Source: Octopus vulgaris (lineage: Eukaryota). From it: 64,000 nucleotides of DNA. Below the pieces are notes generated by a model. That model saw nothing but the letters and a program-made list of their open reading frames with translations. It was not told the DNA's origin and ran no database searches. Of the stretch, positions 1-13,712 are shown one piece after another. The translations under genes and the position numbers were made by a program. Location: NCBI GenBank assembly GCA_951406725.2, contig OX597819.1:97774001-97838000 (forward strand), read 5' to 3'. The number at the start of each line of letters is the position of its first letter. Position 1 is the stretch's first letter.

Positions 1-1049
1 GATTTTCCAGATGTACATCACCGCATATCTCTCCCGCCTCCGCTCTAGGGAGAAGAGGTTTAATACCTTCAGTCTTTCCCAGTAGCTGATATTTTGCATT
101 GAGACGATTTTCTTTGTGTAGTTTCTCTGAATTGCTTCGAGTTCTGCTGTTAGTTTTATATTGTGTGGTGACCACAGTTGGGAGCAGTAGTCCAAGCGGC
201 TGAGGACGAATGTTTTCCATAGGACCATCAGTGTCTCCTTCTCTCTTGTTCTGAAAGTTCGGAGAATCCATCCAGCTAGCCGTCTGCATTTTATCACCAG
301 ATTAGCAATATGCACTTGGAAAGATGCATCATTGTTCATGTCAATGCCCAGGTCACGCACTGATTTTGACTCAGGGATTGCAATTCTTCCTGGGCCAGTG
401 TATCCAGTCTGCACGTCGTTTACCTTTGTGTGCCAGTAGCGCAGGGCCTGGAACTTATCTGCATTAAACTGCATGTTGTTGTCCTCAGCCCACCTGTATA
501 TTGTGTCCAACTCTTGTTGCAGATGCGCAATATTTTCAGGGTTTTGTATTGCGTGGGAGACTTTTGTGTCATCTGCATAGCTAGCAAGGGTGGTCATCGT
601 AGCAACTGAAGGCATGTCTGAAAGGGCCACTATGAACATCAGTGGCCCCAAAACAGTACCCTGTGGGACACCGCTTGTTATTTGTGTTTCCTTGGAGGTG
701 GTTCCATTGCTCACAACTGCCTGTTTTCTGTCTTTTAGGAAGTTGTGCAGCCACTCTCCAAGTTTTCCGCCTATGCCGAGACCACGCAGTTTGTGACAGA
801 TCATACCATGGTCGACCTTATCAAAGGCTTTTGCAAAGTCGAGATATATTACATCCACATTTAAGCCATTTAGTAGCTGTTTCAACACCCAGTCATAGTG
901 TTGCAGGAGCTGTGTTAGGCAGCTTCTACCAGGTCGAAATCCATGCTGGGTGTCAGACAGCAAGTCATTTTCTTCAAGGAACATGATTAGTTTCTTACGG
1001 ACTATTCGTTCCATGACTTTGCTGATGTGTGAGGTCAGAGAGATAGGCC
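1..1049 (-). mobile_element. CR1-clade LINE ORF2 reverse-transcriptase region, 5'-truncated; open frame runs off the left window edge
   Basis: Manual minus-strand translation with no stops: RPISLTSHISKVMERIV...QHGFRPGRSC...VDVIYLDFAKAFDKVDH...SGVPQGTVLGPLMF...YADDTKV...VRDLGI...RLDYCSQLWSP...SLERRRERYAVMYIWKI. Absent from the ORF track because there is no stop inside the window. Confidence 0.93.
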
Positions 1050-1172
1050 TTTCATCCTTTCGGGGTCGATAAATAAAGTACCAATTTCGCACTGGGGTCG
1101 ATGTAATCGACTTAATCCCTTTGTCTGTCCTTGTTTGTCCCCTCTATCTTTAGCCCCTTGTGGGTAGTAAAG

Positions 1173-1176
<4 letters not shown>
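1047..1176 (+). mobile_element. Meta-domain SINE, 3' half, abutting the CR1 5' truncation point
   Basis: cctttcatcctttcggggtcgataaataaagtacc...gtgggtagtaaagaaata followed by (TA)n; same family as 4781, 24163, 29005, 63158. Confidence 0.8.
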
Positions 1177-1216
<40 letters not shown>

Positions 1217-2149
1217 TGGATATGCAATATTTATTTCTCTGTATTTATTTTGTAGTGCATGTATTCTGGTGTGTCACGTAGTGTGGGAGTGTGATGGTGG
1301 TGGTGGTGTTATATATGTGTGTGTGTGTGTGTGTGTGCATGTGTATGTGCATGAGTGCGCGCGCGCGCGTGTGTGCATCGTTTTGCTACCAGTTGAAAAA
1401 TGTCTAAAAATGTCAGGTTGCTGAACCGGCGGTGAGATCGATTATTCGATCAAATGGAAACGGTGGAATACAGAGACACAATCGTCCTCAAACACGGCGT
1501 TCTCATCTGCAAACGAATATCGAATGCAAATTGTAAACAACAGCAACAACAACATTTAAAAACAAACACATTTAATGGTGTTGCTAAAAACAACAACAAA
1601 AAAAACAAAAACAACAACAACAAAAAGAAAAAAAAATCGCAATTACAACCGGTGAGTAGAAGGAAGAAGTGAAAAGTGTGTGAAGGAAGATGGCAGGACG
1701 TTGAAGCGATAATGGACTGCTTAGTGTAGAGGGCGTTAGTAACGGTTCGATGTTGGCAGACGACATCAAAGACGTGTTGACTAACTTTGACACTTTTGAA
1801 CAGTTCTTTGTGACGTCAATGTTTGTTCCATTACCCTTTCACTGTCGACTCCTCTCTCTCTCTCTCTCTCTTTCTTTTCCCCTATATTTCTCTTCCTTAC
1901 TCTCTGTGTCTTTCCCTCTCTAGTTCACTCATTTAGGTGTCTGGGAATACCGCAGTTTCGAGCCAACCTAAGAATTCCTTCGAGTAAACATCATCACGTT
2001 GGATATTGCAACAACTCAACCCCCCCCCATCCCAGTTTCACCTTTCCTTTCTCTTTTATTTTTTCTCATCACTTTCTCTTCTTCCCTTTTAATATCTACA
2101 TATTCCAGAATATGTAATTACGCGCACACATACATACACTCAGACATTC

Positions 2150-2196
<47 letters not shown>

Positions 2197-3119
2197 GTGA
2201 GGCATTTATGTGTAATAATGCCCTCTATACAATATATATAAATATATATATATATATCTGAGTGAATGTATGAATGTATTTTGTACACGTACGTACATAC
2301 ATACATACATACATACATACATACATACATACATACATACATACATACATACATACATACATACATACACACATACATACATACGTATATACATATGTGT
2401 GCGTGTGTGTGTGTATATATATATATGTGTGTGTGTATTTATCTAGTATGTATATGCGTATGTATTGTTTTTGCGAGTTTGCGCATCATTCTAAATTGAG
2501 ACACACACACACACACACACACAGATCTGTAATAAAACAGACGTTAATACACATTTATATATGTATTCACATCAACATATAGACATACATTGCATATGCA
2601 TATATAAACATATATACGCACATATATGTATATATGTATATTTATATGCATATATATGTATACCTGCATACACACACACACACACACACACACTTGTACA
2701 CATACACACATGTATCACTCAGTGTTAAACGGAAAGTTTGGGTTCAAGCACTAACTGCATCCATCTAATAGTTCATTTCAAAAATTTCATATTAAGTTGA
2801 TTAAGAACTAGGTTGGCTCGGATCTCAGGTGGATAGGAACTGCGACAAAGTTAAAAGCAGGGTGGTCAGTCCCACCAAAAATGGGATGAGAAGATATCTT
2901 TGAAATACCTGAAAGAAGTAGCAACTGCCTACATCACCCCTTTAATATATTGCCACATGACTGTTATATCACGTCATTACTCAACCACGTCTAATCTACT
3001 GAAGCGGCAGGTACATCTGTTGTCAACTCCCCGTACGCCAAGAGGTCGGGATGCGTTAGCTAATGATGCTCTTTGTTTAGATGCGTTATTTTGTTTGATA
3101 GTAATACCATAAGTTGTTT

Positions 3120-3345
3120 GATAGTAATACCATAAGTTCTCTGAGATGTGTCATTTTATGGGTTGATGGTTGTATGCAGGGTGTGACCTACATGAGGTTG
3201 TGATATTGAATTAGAAAATATTTTGCATAGGTTATGGGCCGTGCCTAGCAGGACTAATTTGGGGGGATTGTATATATAGTTGTCTAACAATGTATGGCTT
3301 TATGTGTGTGTTTATATCTTATTCATCATGTCTCTGGTTATTTTT
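3120..3345 (-). mobile_element. Decayed 3' end of an R4/Dong-type LINE
   Basis: Minus strand encodes IYNPPKLVLLGTAHNLCKIFS, similar to the C-terminus IQKIVLMGTAHILRKILS of the element at 55.0 kb. Confidence 0.55.
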
Positions 3346-3356
3346 AATATAGATTT

Positions 3357-3516
3357 AAAGGCAGAATAGTTAGTACACAGGGTAAACTGTTTAGCGGCAT
3401 TTCGTCCGTCCTTACGTTCTGAGTTCAAATTCCGCCGTGGTCGACTTTGCCTTTCATCCTTTCGGAGTCGATAAAATAAGTGCCAGTCAAGCACTGGGAT
3501 CGATGTAATCGACTAG
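3357..3516 (+). mobile_element. Meta-domain tRNA-derived SINE (diverged)
   Basis: B-box-like gagttcaaattccgcc plus gtcgactttgcctttcatcctttcggagtcgataaaataag. Confidence 0.8.
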
Positions 3517-3894
3517 TTTATCTTCATTTAGAAATAAGGATTAATAAAATGGTTCTATAAAAATTTTGCAGATTGTTGTCAAAAGTAAACATTAAGAAAA
3601 CATTTTTCTTAATACTATGCCTTTTTAACTTAGAATTTAAGAGAACATTTTGTTTTAGGAACTCGCGACATGCATCTATGTTTATTCCTTGTTTATGATG
3701 TATTTAATGATCATACCGTATACCTTTTTGTTATTTTCTGTAGAATGGTTATATGTTATTTTCTGGGTTATTAAAACCCTTTGCCTGTCCAAAGCGTTTT
3801 CATAATTTTGTCCTAATTGTCAAGTCATACATGAGACAGGCGAAAAGTTGCGCAGAATACCTCACCATACTCTAATTTATTTTCTTGTTATATA

Positions 3895-4642
3895 CAGAGT
3901 ACGGCAAAGCAAAAATGCATACACACTTCAAGAAAAGAAAAACGTGTAGAAACATTTTAATACAATATTCAGATATCACGGGATTAATACAAGTTACTTT
4001 TGACCTCTACAATTACAAGAAATGCTCTGAATGGTGGTCATTAGTTTCTAGACACTTATTATTAAGGCTAACTGCAGCTTGGGCAACTTTGGTCAAAGTG
4101 TCCATTGGGATTGCTACACATGTTTCAGTTTCTTCTCGAAGGATTGTCGTTTAGCTGGTCTTCTGTGATACACGGCATCCTTTAGGGTACCCATAAGTAA
4201 AATTTGCTAGTTAATTTAGGAGAACATGCAGAGAATTCAACTGCACTTCGTCCTATCCAGTGTCTTTGTAAATTCTCATCCAAGTAAGTTTACAGGTCTC
4301 GACAGTAGTATGGCGGTGTACTGTCTTGTTGAAAAAACAATTCATTTCCATAAAGTGCATGGATGGCAGGTAAAATGGACGACGCGCAGCATGTCTAGGT
4401 ACGCTTGACCAATAACAGTACCTTCAGAGAAAAATAGTCCCATTAAACCTTTTAATGACACTCCACACGAAACATTGACCTCTGGTAAATTGATAGCGTT
4501 GTCCACATGCCTAAAAAGGTGGGGCAAAATGGTTAAAGGTAACTTGTATTAATCCCATGATGTCTGAATAAATTTCCTATTCAAATATTTCTACACGATT
4601 TTCTTTCCCCAAAGTGTATATACATATTTTTGGCAGACTCTG
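3895..4642 (-). mobile_element. Internally deleted Tc1/mariner-superfamily element with ~65-bp imperfect TIRs
   Basis: Left cagagt...aaaaatgcatacacactt...aaaacgtgtagaaa matches the reverse complement of the right end; minus strand gives VNVSCGVS..GLFFSEGTV..AYLDML, FFQQDSTPPYY, WIGR and SPKLT..FYLW transposase motifs with frameshifts. Confidence 0.8.
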
Positions 4643-4780
4643 TTTTCTATGTCGGGAGCTTTTGTCTTTGTAACGGTACCTTGTTTATATAATCCTGCAT
4701 ATTTAATTGTCCTATGTAAGCGTATAGGAATTTTGCTTAACTGAGTAATAAAACTGTATATCATTATATTGTAATTCGTT

Positions 4781-4999
4781 AAGGCAGCGAGCGAGCAGAA
4801 TCGTTAGCACGCTGGGCAAAATGCTTAGCAGCTTTTCGTCCGTCTTTACGTTCAAAGTTAAAATTCCACTGAGGTCACCTTTGCCTTTCATCCTTTCGGG
4901 GTCAATAAAATAAGTATTATTGAAACACTGGGGTCGATGTCATTGACTAGACACTTCCTCCCAAATTTTAGGCCTTGTACCTTTAGTAGAAAGGATTAT
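4781..4999 (+). mobile_element. Meta-domain SINE, full length, tail variant B (ggccttgt...agtagaaaggatta)
   Basis: tRNA-like head (gcagaatcgttagc ... gttaaaattcc), Meta-like core gcctttcatcctttcggggtc. Confidence 0.8.
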
Positions 5000-6483
5000 A
5001 TTGTGATTTGCTATCTTTTATATTACTGATAACGTATTTTAGTTTAAGTCGGTCTTTCTGGGAAGGGTCTCTTAAACGTAAGCCCACAGTTCATGAAATT
5101 GTGCTCAACATGTCTTCTCTGAATTTACTTCCAAGTTAAGATCAAGTCTTTCAAGGTTTGTTCTCAAATTTATTTGTCACTGTTCTCAAGACACTAATAA
5201 TCACTAACAGGATCATGATCTCCTTAGCTTCTTTATTCCACCTTTTTTGTTTTTGTTGTCATTATTTTAAGTTGTCCCATCAATTTAATAATGTTTATCT
5301 TCTCAAATTCATTCAAAGCTCTGGTAGTTATGGGTTTAACTATACTCTATAGAGTGGGTCTAATAAGGTTAGAACATGTCTGTTGTTATCTCTGTAGCGA
5401 CCAAAGATCAGACTCACTAACTAATGTATGATTCATCTACTTTTTAATCAATTTTAATTTAGGAATTACCTCCCATGTCCCTCTTTACCCAATTGTCATT
5501 AATGCTAATGGTTTTCTTTTCAGCTAAATATCTTTGCGACTTTCTATATTAATTATGACCGTTCACACTTAACTACCACTTATTTAATAGAATTTATTTG
5601 TGGGAAATTTTCTTATATCCTTAAAAAAATTAGTACTATATAAAGTGTATTGCTGTGGCATTGCACTTTATTACGATGTATTTTAATACACCGTTACCGC
5701 TCTGTGGCGTGTTCCTCCTTAACAACCAGACGAGGAGTACCACACAATCATGCAATGTCGGGAAATCTCTGTGTGATGGTGTAAGTGTGGTTAGGAGATA
5801 GTAGAGAGAAAGGGAGAAAAGGAGAAAGAGACAGAAAGAGAAAGAGAAAGAGGAGAGAGGTTGGGAGGGTGAGAGCAAGATGTTAACAGCTGAAGACGTG
5901 TCTTCAAACACATCCAAGGCATTGGCTTTGAGTCAAAGAACAAAGATTGTAGAATGTAAATAACGGAAATAGCAGAAACTCTTAAATAGAAACGAAAGAG
6001 AAAGGAATGAAAGAGACACAACAAGGCAGAAAAAAAAAAAGAGAATGGAGAGAAAAAAATGAAAGAAATAAATAAGACAAAATTTAAAACGAAGACGAAA
6101 TTTGTCCATTAAGGTCTTATTGACTCCCACTTTTCATGTTATCCCTCTTTCAATAACAACACCCACTTCTCCCGGCTTGCGGCCTCACCTTTCAACCAAA
6201 CAATATGGCGTCGATTGAAAGGATTAATAATAAATATAAGCAAGTAGCAGCAGAAGACGACGAAGGAAGAGGAGGAGGAGGAGAAAAAGAAGAAGAAGGA
6301 GAAGAAGAAAAGAAACAGAAGCCGATGACGAACATCAACTACAATAGCAATAACAATATTCTTAAAACGCCTGTGTAAAGAGAAGTAAATGAAGGTGAGA
6401 GTTTATTTTAATGGAAGACACCGCCCTTCCCACTACACCTTCACACATGCATACATACGCCGACAAATAGACAAACATACACA

Positions 6484-6530
<47 letters not shown>

Positions 6531-6902
6531 ACACCATACTACTAATATAATATAAGCCACCATTAAAAAGAAACTTAAGAACAAACAAAACAAAATCCCT
6601 CCTCCAAACACCCATCCCAGACACTTTGCGGTAAGATTCCGATCTTTCCAAGCAGCTATGGTATAAGAAATTCATCTGTTAATGATATTTTCTACGACAA
6701 TTCAATGAACCAGTCTTAATATCTCGACGTGGATGCGTTGGAAGCTTGAATAAACACCGTAGCAAGTTGTTACATTCGTATTAATTTCCAATATCGTTGT
6801 ACACAGAATCGGTTTTCTTTCTCGCATCGGAAATTGAAACTTAAATAGAAACTGATACTCTACTCTCTCTTTGACTCTGCGTGTGAGCGTGCGTATGTGT
6901 GT

Positions 6903-6964
<62 letters not shown>

Positions 6965-7033
6965 TGTATGTGTGTGTGTGTGTGTATTCATTTCAGCCAT
7001 GCGGCTCTGGTCATGCTAGAGCATCACCATGTA

Positions 7034-7066
<33 letters not shown>

Positions 7067-7075
7067 TAAAATTAC

Positions 7076-7167
<92 letters not shown>

Positions 7168-7225
7168 TTCGCATTGAGATAAAAAACCAACGCTGAGTAT
7201 ATTTTAGAACATTTATAGATAGAAG

Positions 7226-7273
7226 GTCTTACAGCTGTTTCCAGGATATTTATTATATCCCTTCATCGGAGAC
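7226..7273 (-). ncRNA. Type I hammerhead-ribozyme motif (CCGAUGA core variant) in a Penelope-like terminal fragment
   Basis: GUCU-CCGAUGA-AGGGAUAU aauaa AUAUCCU-G-GAAA-CAGCUG-UA-AGAC: stem I GUCU/AGAC, stem II hairpin, palindromic stem III ACAGCUGU, GUA site. Confidence 0.7.
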
Positions 7274-7460
7274 GGTGTAAGAGGATGGTTAAGTAATAGT
7301 TAATTTAGATATGATACAAAATAGAGAGTAAGGTGGAGGAAAGAAAATAGATGTGAGATATGTAGGGATATTGAATTTGTACATCCATTTTTTAGGCAAA
7401 ATGGTATACATGTAAGATTCCAATACTTTATGAGTAGAATCCAACTGTACTTAAAAGTGT

Positions 7461-7544
<84 letters not shown>

Positions 7545-7597
7545 CATTACCTGCCACCTTGGGTCTTCTGGACACCAGTACCTCTCATATATATATA

Positions 7598-8885
7598 TTG
7601 GGTTGTCCGGAAAGTTCGTGCCGATTTATAGTAGCTTACTTTTCGACTTATTTTAGAACATGGTTGAGCCCATAAAATAGGATTTGACTACACCTTCATT
7701 TAGAGCACAGTTTAAGCTATCTTTTCGTGGAAGAAGGTTTATATTCCTAAAACCTGTGTTAATTCTGTAACCCTTAAAATGGAAGATAAGAAACTTCATT
7801 TTCAGCACTTGATGCTTTTCTTTTTCCGTAAAGAGAAAAAAATGCCTCACAAGCAACCAAAGAAATATGCGCAGGTTATGGTGATGTTTCTTTATCCGAA
7901 AGAACTGTATGGAAGTGGTTCGCAATGTTACGAGTTGGAGATTGTAGCTTTATTGATAAAGAGCGATCAGGCAGACCATCCACTACAGATGATGACCAAA
8001 TCAAGTCATTAATTGAGATTAACCCACCTTGCACAACCCGAGAATTAGCAGAAAGCCTCAGCTTATCAAAAGCGGTTGTTGATGAGCACCTGGTAAAGCT
8101 TGGGTACACAAACCATTACGATGTTTGGGTACCACAAGTGTTGAGTGAGAAGAACTTTTTGGATCGCATTTCCATCTGTGATTCGCTTTATAAACGGAAT
8201 GAAAAGGCGCCTTTTTTTTTAAAGCAAATTGTGACAGGTGATGAGAAATGGATTATCTACCGAAATGTTCAGAGAAAGCGATCCTGGAGTAAGCGACATG
8301 AGCCACCCTTAGTCACTCCAAAAGCGGGCCTTCACCCTAAAAAAGTCTTGCTTTGTGTCTGGTAGGATTGGAAAGGAATTCTGTACTATGAGCTTCTCCC
8401 AAGTAACCAGACAGTTAATTCTGAGAAATACTGCACACAACTGGAAGAGTTAAAAGCAGCAATTCAAGTGAAACGTCCAGAATTGGCCAACAGGAAGGGT
8501 GTTGTTTTCCAACATGATATTGCAAGACCGCATGTTTCTTTGGGAACCAGACAAAAATTGCTGCAGCTCGGCAGGGTTGTGTTACCCCACCCTCCATATT
8601 CACCAGATATTGCTCCTTCGGATTTCGTCTTATTCAGGTCTCTGCAGAATAGTCTTAATGGTAAAAATTTCAATTCCTTGGATGACGTAAAAAGATACTA
8701 TGATGAATTCTTGGACATGAAACCACCTCAATTCTAGGAAGAGGGTATTTTCAAGTTAAAAGGAAAGATAGAGACGCATTGTGAAACAAAATGGTTCATA
8801 TTTGGTTGATTAAAAATGTAATGGCAAATATTTATTGACCTTTTTCTTTCCTTTAAAAATTGGCACGAACTTTCCGGACAACCTA

Positions 8886-8886
<1 letters not shown>
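7598..8886 (+). mobile_element. Full-length (1289 bp) mariner DD34D transposon, transposase pseudogenised
   Basis: TIRs ttgggttgtccggaaagttcgtgccgattt / aaattggcacgaactttccggacaacctaa, flanked by TA; motifs WVPQVL, IVTGDEKW, HDIARPH, YSPDIAPSD; frameshift near 7840, stops at 8363 and 8735. Confidence 0.97.
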
Positions 8887-8918
<32 letters not shown>

Positions 8919-10371
8919 TGTATGTATGTATGTATGTATGTATGTATGTATTTATGTATGTATGTATGTATGTATGTATATTTTCTGTTACTTGCTTCTG
9001 TCATTGGACTACGGCCGTGCTGGGGAATTATCTTGAAGAAATTTAGTCGAACGAATCGACCTCCGTATTTGTTATTTTTAAGTGTGGTATTTATCTATCG
9101 ATCTCTTAGGCCAAACCGCTACATTCGAGGACGTAATCAAACCAAAACTGGTTGTGAAGCGATGGTGGGGGACAAACACAAAGATATACGCATATACATA
9201 CGTTCGTTATATATATCTATCTATATATATATAAATATAACTTTGATAGGTTTCGGCCAGCAAATGAGGCCGGTTACTGACGAGAATTCGCCTGGCAGAT
9301 AATCTTGTTTGCTAAATTACCTATTAAAGGGTGGCAGATAAATCTTATTTGCTAAAGAAATTTGAAACCATGGTATAACCGCAAATAAAAGTAACAAGGT
9401 AAAAGTTTTTATTTTTCATTTCCTTCGAAAATTGCTATTAAATCGTGGTTTTGGCCGTGTTGGCTGCTTCTTAAAGCATGTAAAAATTACCTGTTAAAGG
9501 GTAGTTTTCTTTTGTGTTTAATTGTACACTATTTTAAAATAAGTATATATATATATATATATATCTTGTATTGTGAGGTAACTTTCTTCATCAGTAGTCG
9601 ACTGGAAATCACAACGATTTCGGCACCTGTTAAGTTTTTCAATATAAAAAACAATTTGAGAGATATAAATTATTGATAAGATTCGGACCACATATACACC
9701 CATTGTTTGTTAAATGTGTTACCGATTGCTCAATTCATCAGAATATCTCCTGGTCACTCCGTTTCGAATATAATGTCTTCCTTGCTATTATGCTGTTCTA
9801 TTTTAAATTGGGTAACTTTTATGTTTAATTTTACTTTAATTAAGTAGAAAAATTACAATAATTCTAAGTCTCCCGCACGATAAAATTCATTATAGAAAAT
9901 CCCATTACAGTAAAGTGCCGAAACTTTCATTTGCATCCGGTGTGAGCATAAAGTAATTTCTGATTCCCGCATTGTTGTCAAATGAATGTACAAGCTAACC
10001 AGAGCTAGCTGGAGCATCAACATCTGCCTCATCTGATGATATACGTAGTAATAAAAAGCTTCTTCCACGCTATATAAATCTTCCATTTGCGACTGGATTA
10101 CTCCTATCGATAAGGACTTAAAACAAAAAAAATTAGATTCGAGGTTGTAATTGTCAATTTTGCTTCAGTTGCTATTATGTGATTTTTTTTTTTTGACCAT
10201 ACAAATTCGTAATATCAAATTTTCGATGTGTAAACTTGCAAGCAATTAGTCTTTTCAATAAAACTGAAGGTAGCTTCTTTAGTATTTTTTATTTAAACCT
10301 ATAAGTAAAAACGAAAACATAAATGAATTTTCCAGTTCTATATTTAAGAGATGAGGAATTATGTGCATATG

Positions 10372-10440
10372 GCGTAGTGGTTAAGAGCGTGGGCTACTAA
10401 CACCAAGATTCCGAATTCAATTCCAAGCAGTGACCTGAAC

Positions 10441-10471
<31 letters not shown>
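10372..10471 (+). mobile_element. Short tRNA-derived SINE/tRNA retro-copy with (AAT)n tail
   Basis: A-box ggcgtagtggttaagagcg, degenerate B-box gaattcaattcc, then tgacctgaac(aat)n. Confidence 0.6.
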
Positions 10472-10961
10472 TCAAAGAAGGCTGGAGAGTATATCAGCCG
10501 AAACGTTGTGTTAACAACAAACAAGATGAGGACAAATATCCGTCGAATATAAATAATGTAAATGAATTTTTATTACTATTTTATTTTTCATATTCTAAAT
10601 TTTATTCTTGTTCTCTTGTAGTTTGTTTTTTAGGCTTAATTACTGCTTGTTCTGTACTTTTCTAGGTTCAATACTTTAGAATATTCTAGGATTCTGCTCT
10701 CTCATTTTTCATTCTTTATCCACACGAGCGGCTTCTTTCAGTGTCCATCAAATCCGCTCACAAGGCATTGATCAACCCAAGGCTGCTGTAGAAAACACTT
10801 AGCCAAAGTGCTGTGCAGTGGGACTGGACCCACAGTCACATGGTTTGGAAGCAAACCTCTTAACCATATAGCCACGCATGCGCTCACATGTACATATGTA
10901 CGAATAAATATGTATGTTTGTATGTATGTATGTATGTATGTATGCATGCATATATGTATGC

Positions 10962-10997
<36 letters not shown>

Positions 10998-11404
10998 TAT
11001 TTACTAGACACAATACATGTTTATATGTGCTACTAATTGTTCCATATGTTAAGAAATACCTCAAACATATTCATCAGGCATATATATATATATATATATA
11101 TATACCCATTTTACAATAATTGTATCAGAATACAATTATTATAGCACAGTACCCGAGACATATTTACATAATTCATTAAGATGATTATATATTTAACCTG
11201 AAATTTTGAGTGACCAGTCATATAAAAAGATGGAAACTTAACTAAAATATATACCGAAACCGCACTCGCACGCAGATGCACTCAGGCAAAACTTTATATG
11301 TATTTACGGATGTATGTTATGTAAATATGTGTATATTTATGTGTGCATCTGTGATTTGTATGTGTATGCTTTTTGTATGTATGTATATTGGTATATATAT
11401 ACAT

Positions 11405-11438
<34 letters not shown>

Positions 11439-11616
11439 ATATATATATGTAAGCTTTTACACGCACACACATATATCCATAAATACATATTAATACATAT
11501 GTATGTACTTACGCACACACATACATACACACACATATATTTATACATGCATGCATACATATATGTATATTTATGGTTACAATATATAAATATACATGTC
11601 TATTGATATTATGAAA

Positions 11617-11918
11617 GACTCCGCCGGTTACGACGACGAGGGTCCCAGCTGATACGATCAACGGAACAGCTTGCTCGTGAAATTAACGTGCAAATGGATG
11701 AGCATTCCACGGACACGTGTACCCTTAACGTAGTTCTCGGGGATAATCAGCGTGACACAGAGAGTGACAAGGCTGACCCTTTGAAATACAAGTACAACTC
11801 ATTTTTGCCAGCTGAGTGGACTGGAGCAACGTGAAATAAAGTGTCTTGCTCAAGGACACAACGCGTCGCCGGGAATCGAACTCACAACCTTACGATCATG
11901 AGCCGAATGCCCTAACCA
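11617..11918 (-). mobile_element. tRNA-head CORE-like SINE (family B)
   Basis: Minus: tggttagggcattcggctcatgatcgtaaggttgtgagttcgattcccggcg + gtgtccttgagcaagacactttatttcacgttgctccagtccactcagctggcaaaaatgagt + unique tail; head also at 19595-19755(-), 26338-26427(+), 50660(+). Confidence 0.8.
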
Positions 11919-11938
11919 TACACACACACATGTATATA

Positions 11939-11998
<60 letters not shown>

Positions 11999-12085
11999 CA
12001 TGTATATATAGAGAAAGATAGATAGATTGATAGAGAGCGATATGTATATATATTGATATATACCTGGGCAGACAGTTAGATGTAC

Positions 12086-12118
<33 letters not shown>

Positions 12119-12216
12119 GATAGATAGATATAGATACATACATACATACATACATAAATATATACATATATACATATTTATATATATATATACACATATA
12201 CATACACACACACAAA

Positions 12217-12274
<58 letters not shown>

Positions 12275-12623
12275 GGCTTCTTTCAGTTTGCGTCTACCAA
12301 ATCCACTCACAAGGCTTTGGTCGGCCCAAGGCTATAGTAGAATACACTTGCTCAAGGTGCCGCGCATTGGGACTGAACCCAGACCCATGCGGTTGGGTAG
12401 CAAGCTTCATACCACACAGCAACTCCTGCGCTTAGCACAGTCACTCCTGTGCCTACCACAATCACTCTTGCGTTTACACACACATATATATATATATATA
12501 TTAGAATAAAAAAACATAATTTTTCCGCTTTAATTATAAAAGATAACGATTGAAAATTTGTGTATATATAAAATATCACAAAATGTTTTGAACCGTATAC
12601 GTTTATGCATGTAAGTATACATT

Positions 12624-12854
12624 TAGGGTGGCCCAAAATTAGATTTACAGTTATCACGTAAGCACATTAAATTTCTTTTAAAACATTTTATTACATCTAA
12701 ATTTCTATCTTACAAACTGAAATGGGAGCTTGACAAAATTAACTAAATTAGCATAGAATAATGGTTTCATATTTTTTATTATTAAGATCTAAACTGTTAT
12801 ATGAGTGCGAAAGAGATAATTGAATAACTGTAAACCTACTTTTGGGTCTCCCTG
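12624..12854. mobile_element. Tc1/mariner-type MITE (~230 bp)
   Basis: TIRs tagggtggcccaaaattagatttacagttat / ataactgtaaacctacttttgggtctccctg, TA at the right end. Confidence 0.75.
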
Positions 12855-12862
12855 TATAATAA

Positions 12863-13014
<152 letters not shown>

Positions 13015-13602
13015 AATAATGGTGGCTATCCCGCAATCTACACCCGAAAGGCAGAACTATAGAGGTGGTGGCTATGCCCCTGATATTGTAAGGAGCTTGG
13101 TAAGTCATAAGGTAAGTGCTTTCTCGTGAGTAAGAGTTGTTTTGACTCTTATTTCTAGCAATGCTGGTACTAACTAGTACCCTTAGTCACTTTAGTGACG
13201 TCTGTATTTCTACCGAGAGTGAGTGCATTTGAGTATGGTATAGTAGGCCCTGAATATGAATACTGCTGGAAAAATGGAGTTGATAAAGATGGACTCATCA
13301 CTGAAGGGCATACCTACCCCACCTAAAGACACATATATTAAGGATTTTAGTAAATAAATAAATTGACATAATATAATGTCTAAAAGTTGATGAACCACCT
13401 ATTGATCCCCTTCCATTTTTTTATTGCTCTATAAATTAATGGTAAAATATCTCTTTACCCTCACCCATTTAGAGCACTCGGTAATGTAATTGCAATGCAA
13501 TAAAAAAGCACTTGTGTATTAATAATTGGGTATTCTACCAGCAGTATATTGGATAGATATTATCCTTTAGTTGGTTGGATTAACAACCTCTAACTTACTT
13601 GG

Positions 13603-13712
<110 letters not shown>

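Noticed and set aside
590-986. Plus-strand ORFs of 68 and 114 aa
   Set aside because: Antisense shadows of the CR1 RT frame.
5642-5670. Hairpin containing ATTGCAC (miR-92-like seed)
   Set aside because: Only ~12-bp arms, and the rest does not match miR-92.
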